From Octopus bimaculoides (taxonomy: Eukaryota), in the NCBI RefSeq assembly GCF_001194135.2, contig NC_068987.1:11332643-11396642 (forward strand): a stretch of DNA of 64,000 nucleotides, in the 5' to 3' direction. The notes beneath the pieces are model-generated. The model was not told the origin of the DNA. It made no database searches and worked only from the letters and a program-made list of their open reading frames with translations. The position numbers and the translations under genes are program-made. This document shows, piece by piece, positions 62,995 through 64,000 of the stretch (its first letter is position 1; each line of letters starts with the position of its first letter).

Positions 62995-63842
62995 ACTGTC
63001 ATCCTCTATAAACGTCATATACCTTGTACCAGTGCTGGCTTCTCTTTGCACACTGCATCTAGATTTCTCTGGCATCCAGTTTCTCCTTCTTGATTCATTT
63101 GCACTTTGTCACCATTCATGCACACTACTAAAATCACATATAGAATGTAACTCACTTGATTCACTTGTCTTGTTTTTGCAACTCTTCTGCATTCAAGGCT
63201 CTCTCTCTCTGTCTATCATGCAACATTTCACATCATTCATAAGCAGCATTATACCGTCTGCCCTTCACCCTGAAAGAGAAACTCTTTGTTACCAGTAAAG
63301 TTAATATATCCTTGAACATTTTTCTAGCTTGCTTACTTTGGCTACTATACTTAGAGAACAGAACTGCAGCCAGGTAGGTTACCAAAAGCTATCACATGAT
63401 TCTAGAGGGCCTTCCAGTCATCTGGGATAATCTGTTCCCCCTGTTTGCTCTTCCAGTAGACTACCTTTTCTGTCAACCTGCTTTGATGCTGCTACAACTT
63501 CTGTGCATCCATAGTTTATATTGGAAACACCATATATAGTTTGTATCTTATTCCCTTTTTTTGCATATCAGTCTTGGCCATTCCCCCCAATGGTAACTGA
63601 ATCCTGTCTTCTTTTTTTATTTACTTTAGTCTTTGCTAAGTTCACTTTGAAGCATCTCAATTTCACATTTTGCTTCCCTATCTGGAATTTCTTCTCTAAA
63701 TCAACTACACTTTCAGCAATGAGAACGAGGTCGTCGACACAGAGATGTTCCGATGGAGAGAGCCAGTCTTAGATTCCTCTGTTATGGTTTGGAGAACTGT
63801 GATAAGCAGGAGAGGACTTAGAACTGAGCTCTGATAGACTCC
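62995..63842 (-). pseudogene. RTE-clade LINE reverse transcriptase fragment, inactivated
   Basis: Minus strand reads GVYQSSVLSPLLLITVLQTITEESKTG / LCVDDLVLIAESVVDLEKKFQIGKQNVKLRCFKVNLAKTKV ... LVTKSFSFRVKGR. These are the RT QG..LSP.LF and YADD motifs, with YADD decayed to CVDD, plus frameshifts and stops. Confidence 0.92.
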
Positions 63843-63848
63843 TGTGTT

Positions 63849-64000
63849 ATTTCTTTACTACCCACAAGGGGCTACACACAGAGGGGACAAACAAAGACAG
63901 ACAAACGGATTAAGTCGATTATATCGACCCCAGTGCGTAACTGGTACTTATTTAATCGACCCTGAAAGGATGAAAGGCAAAGTCGACCTCGGCGGAATTT
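63849..64000 (-). mobile_element. SINE family A, tail type II, young; abuts the RTE relic and runs off the window end
   Basis: ATTTCTTTACTACCCACAAGGGGCTACACACAGAGGGGACAAAC...GAAAGGCAAAGTCGACCTCGGCGGAATTT. Confidence 0.9.

Noticed and set aside
1-64000. Conserved bilaterian microRNAs
   Set aside because: I saw no match to the mature sequences I remember. This was a visual scan only and would miss cephalopod-specific miRNAs; a MirGeneDB BLAST would be decisive.

Overview
This is AT-rich, repeat-saturated eukaryotic DNA with scaffold gaps (N runs). The tRNA-headed SINE families, RTE LINE tails, microsatellite load and gap style point to a coleoid cephalopod, most likely Octopus (inference from recalled repeat sequences, not a database search). 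There is no intact protein-coding gene, rRNA, true tRNA or CRISPR array; the supplied ORFs are almost all microsatellite, SINE or N-gap artefacts. The window reads as a large intron or gene-desert segment. It contains: (1) four tRNA-derived SINE families, labelled A, B/G, C and F here; (2) decayed RTE-clade LINE fragments, including an RT domain at about 62995-63842 (-); (3) MITEs of hAT (two with perfect 8-bp TSDs), Tc1/mariner, piggyBac-like (TTAA) and Helentron-associated (HINE-like) type; (4) Penelope-like relics with decayed minimal hammerhead ribozyme motifs; and (5) TE-poor islands that may be regulatory. One plausible spliced exon with a start codon lies at 50473-50551 (+). The best leads are the hammerhead relics, two independent insertions of one SINE subfamily into the same motif of another SINE, module swapping among SINEs, and closely spaced inverted repeats that could form dsRNA. 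I found no evidence strong enough to claim a new biological system. Repeat boundaries are read by eye and are approximate except where TSDs or TIRs are quoted.
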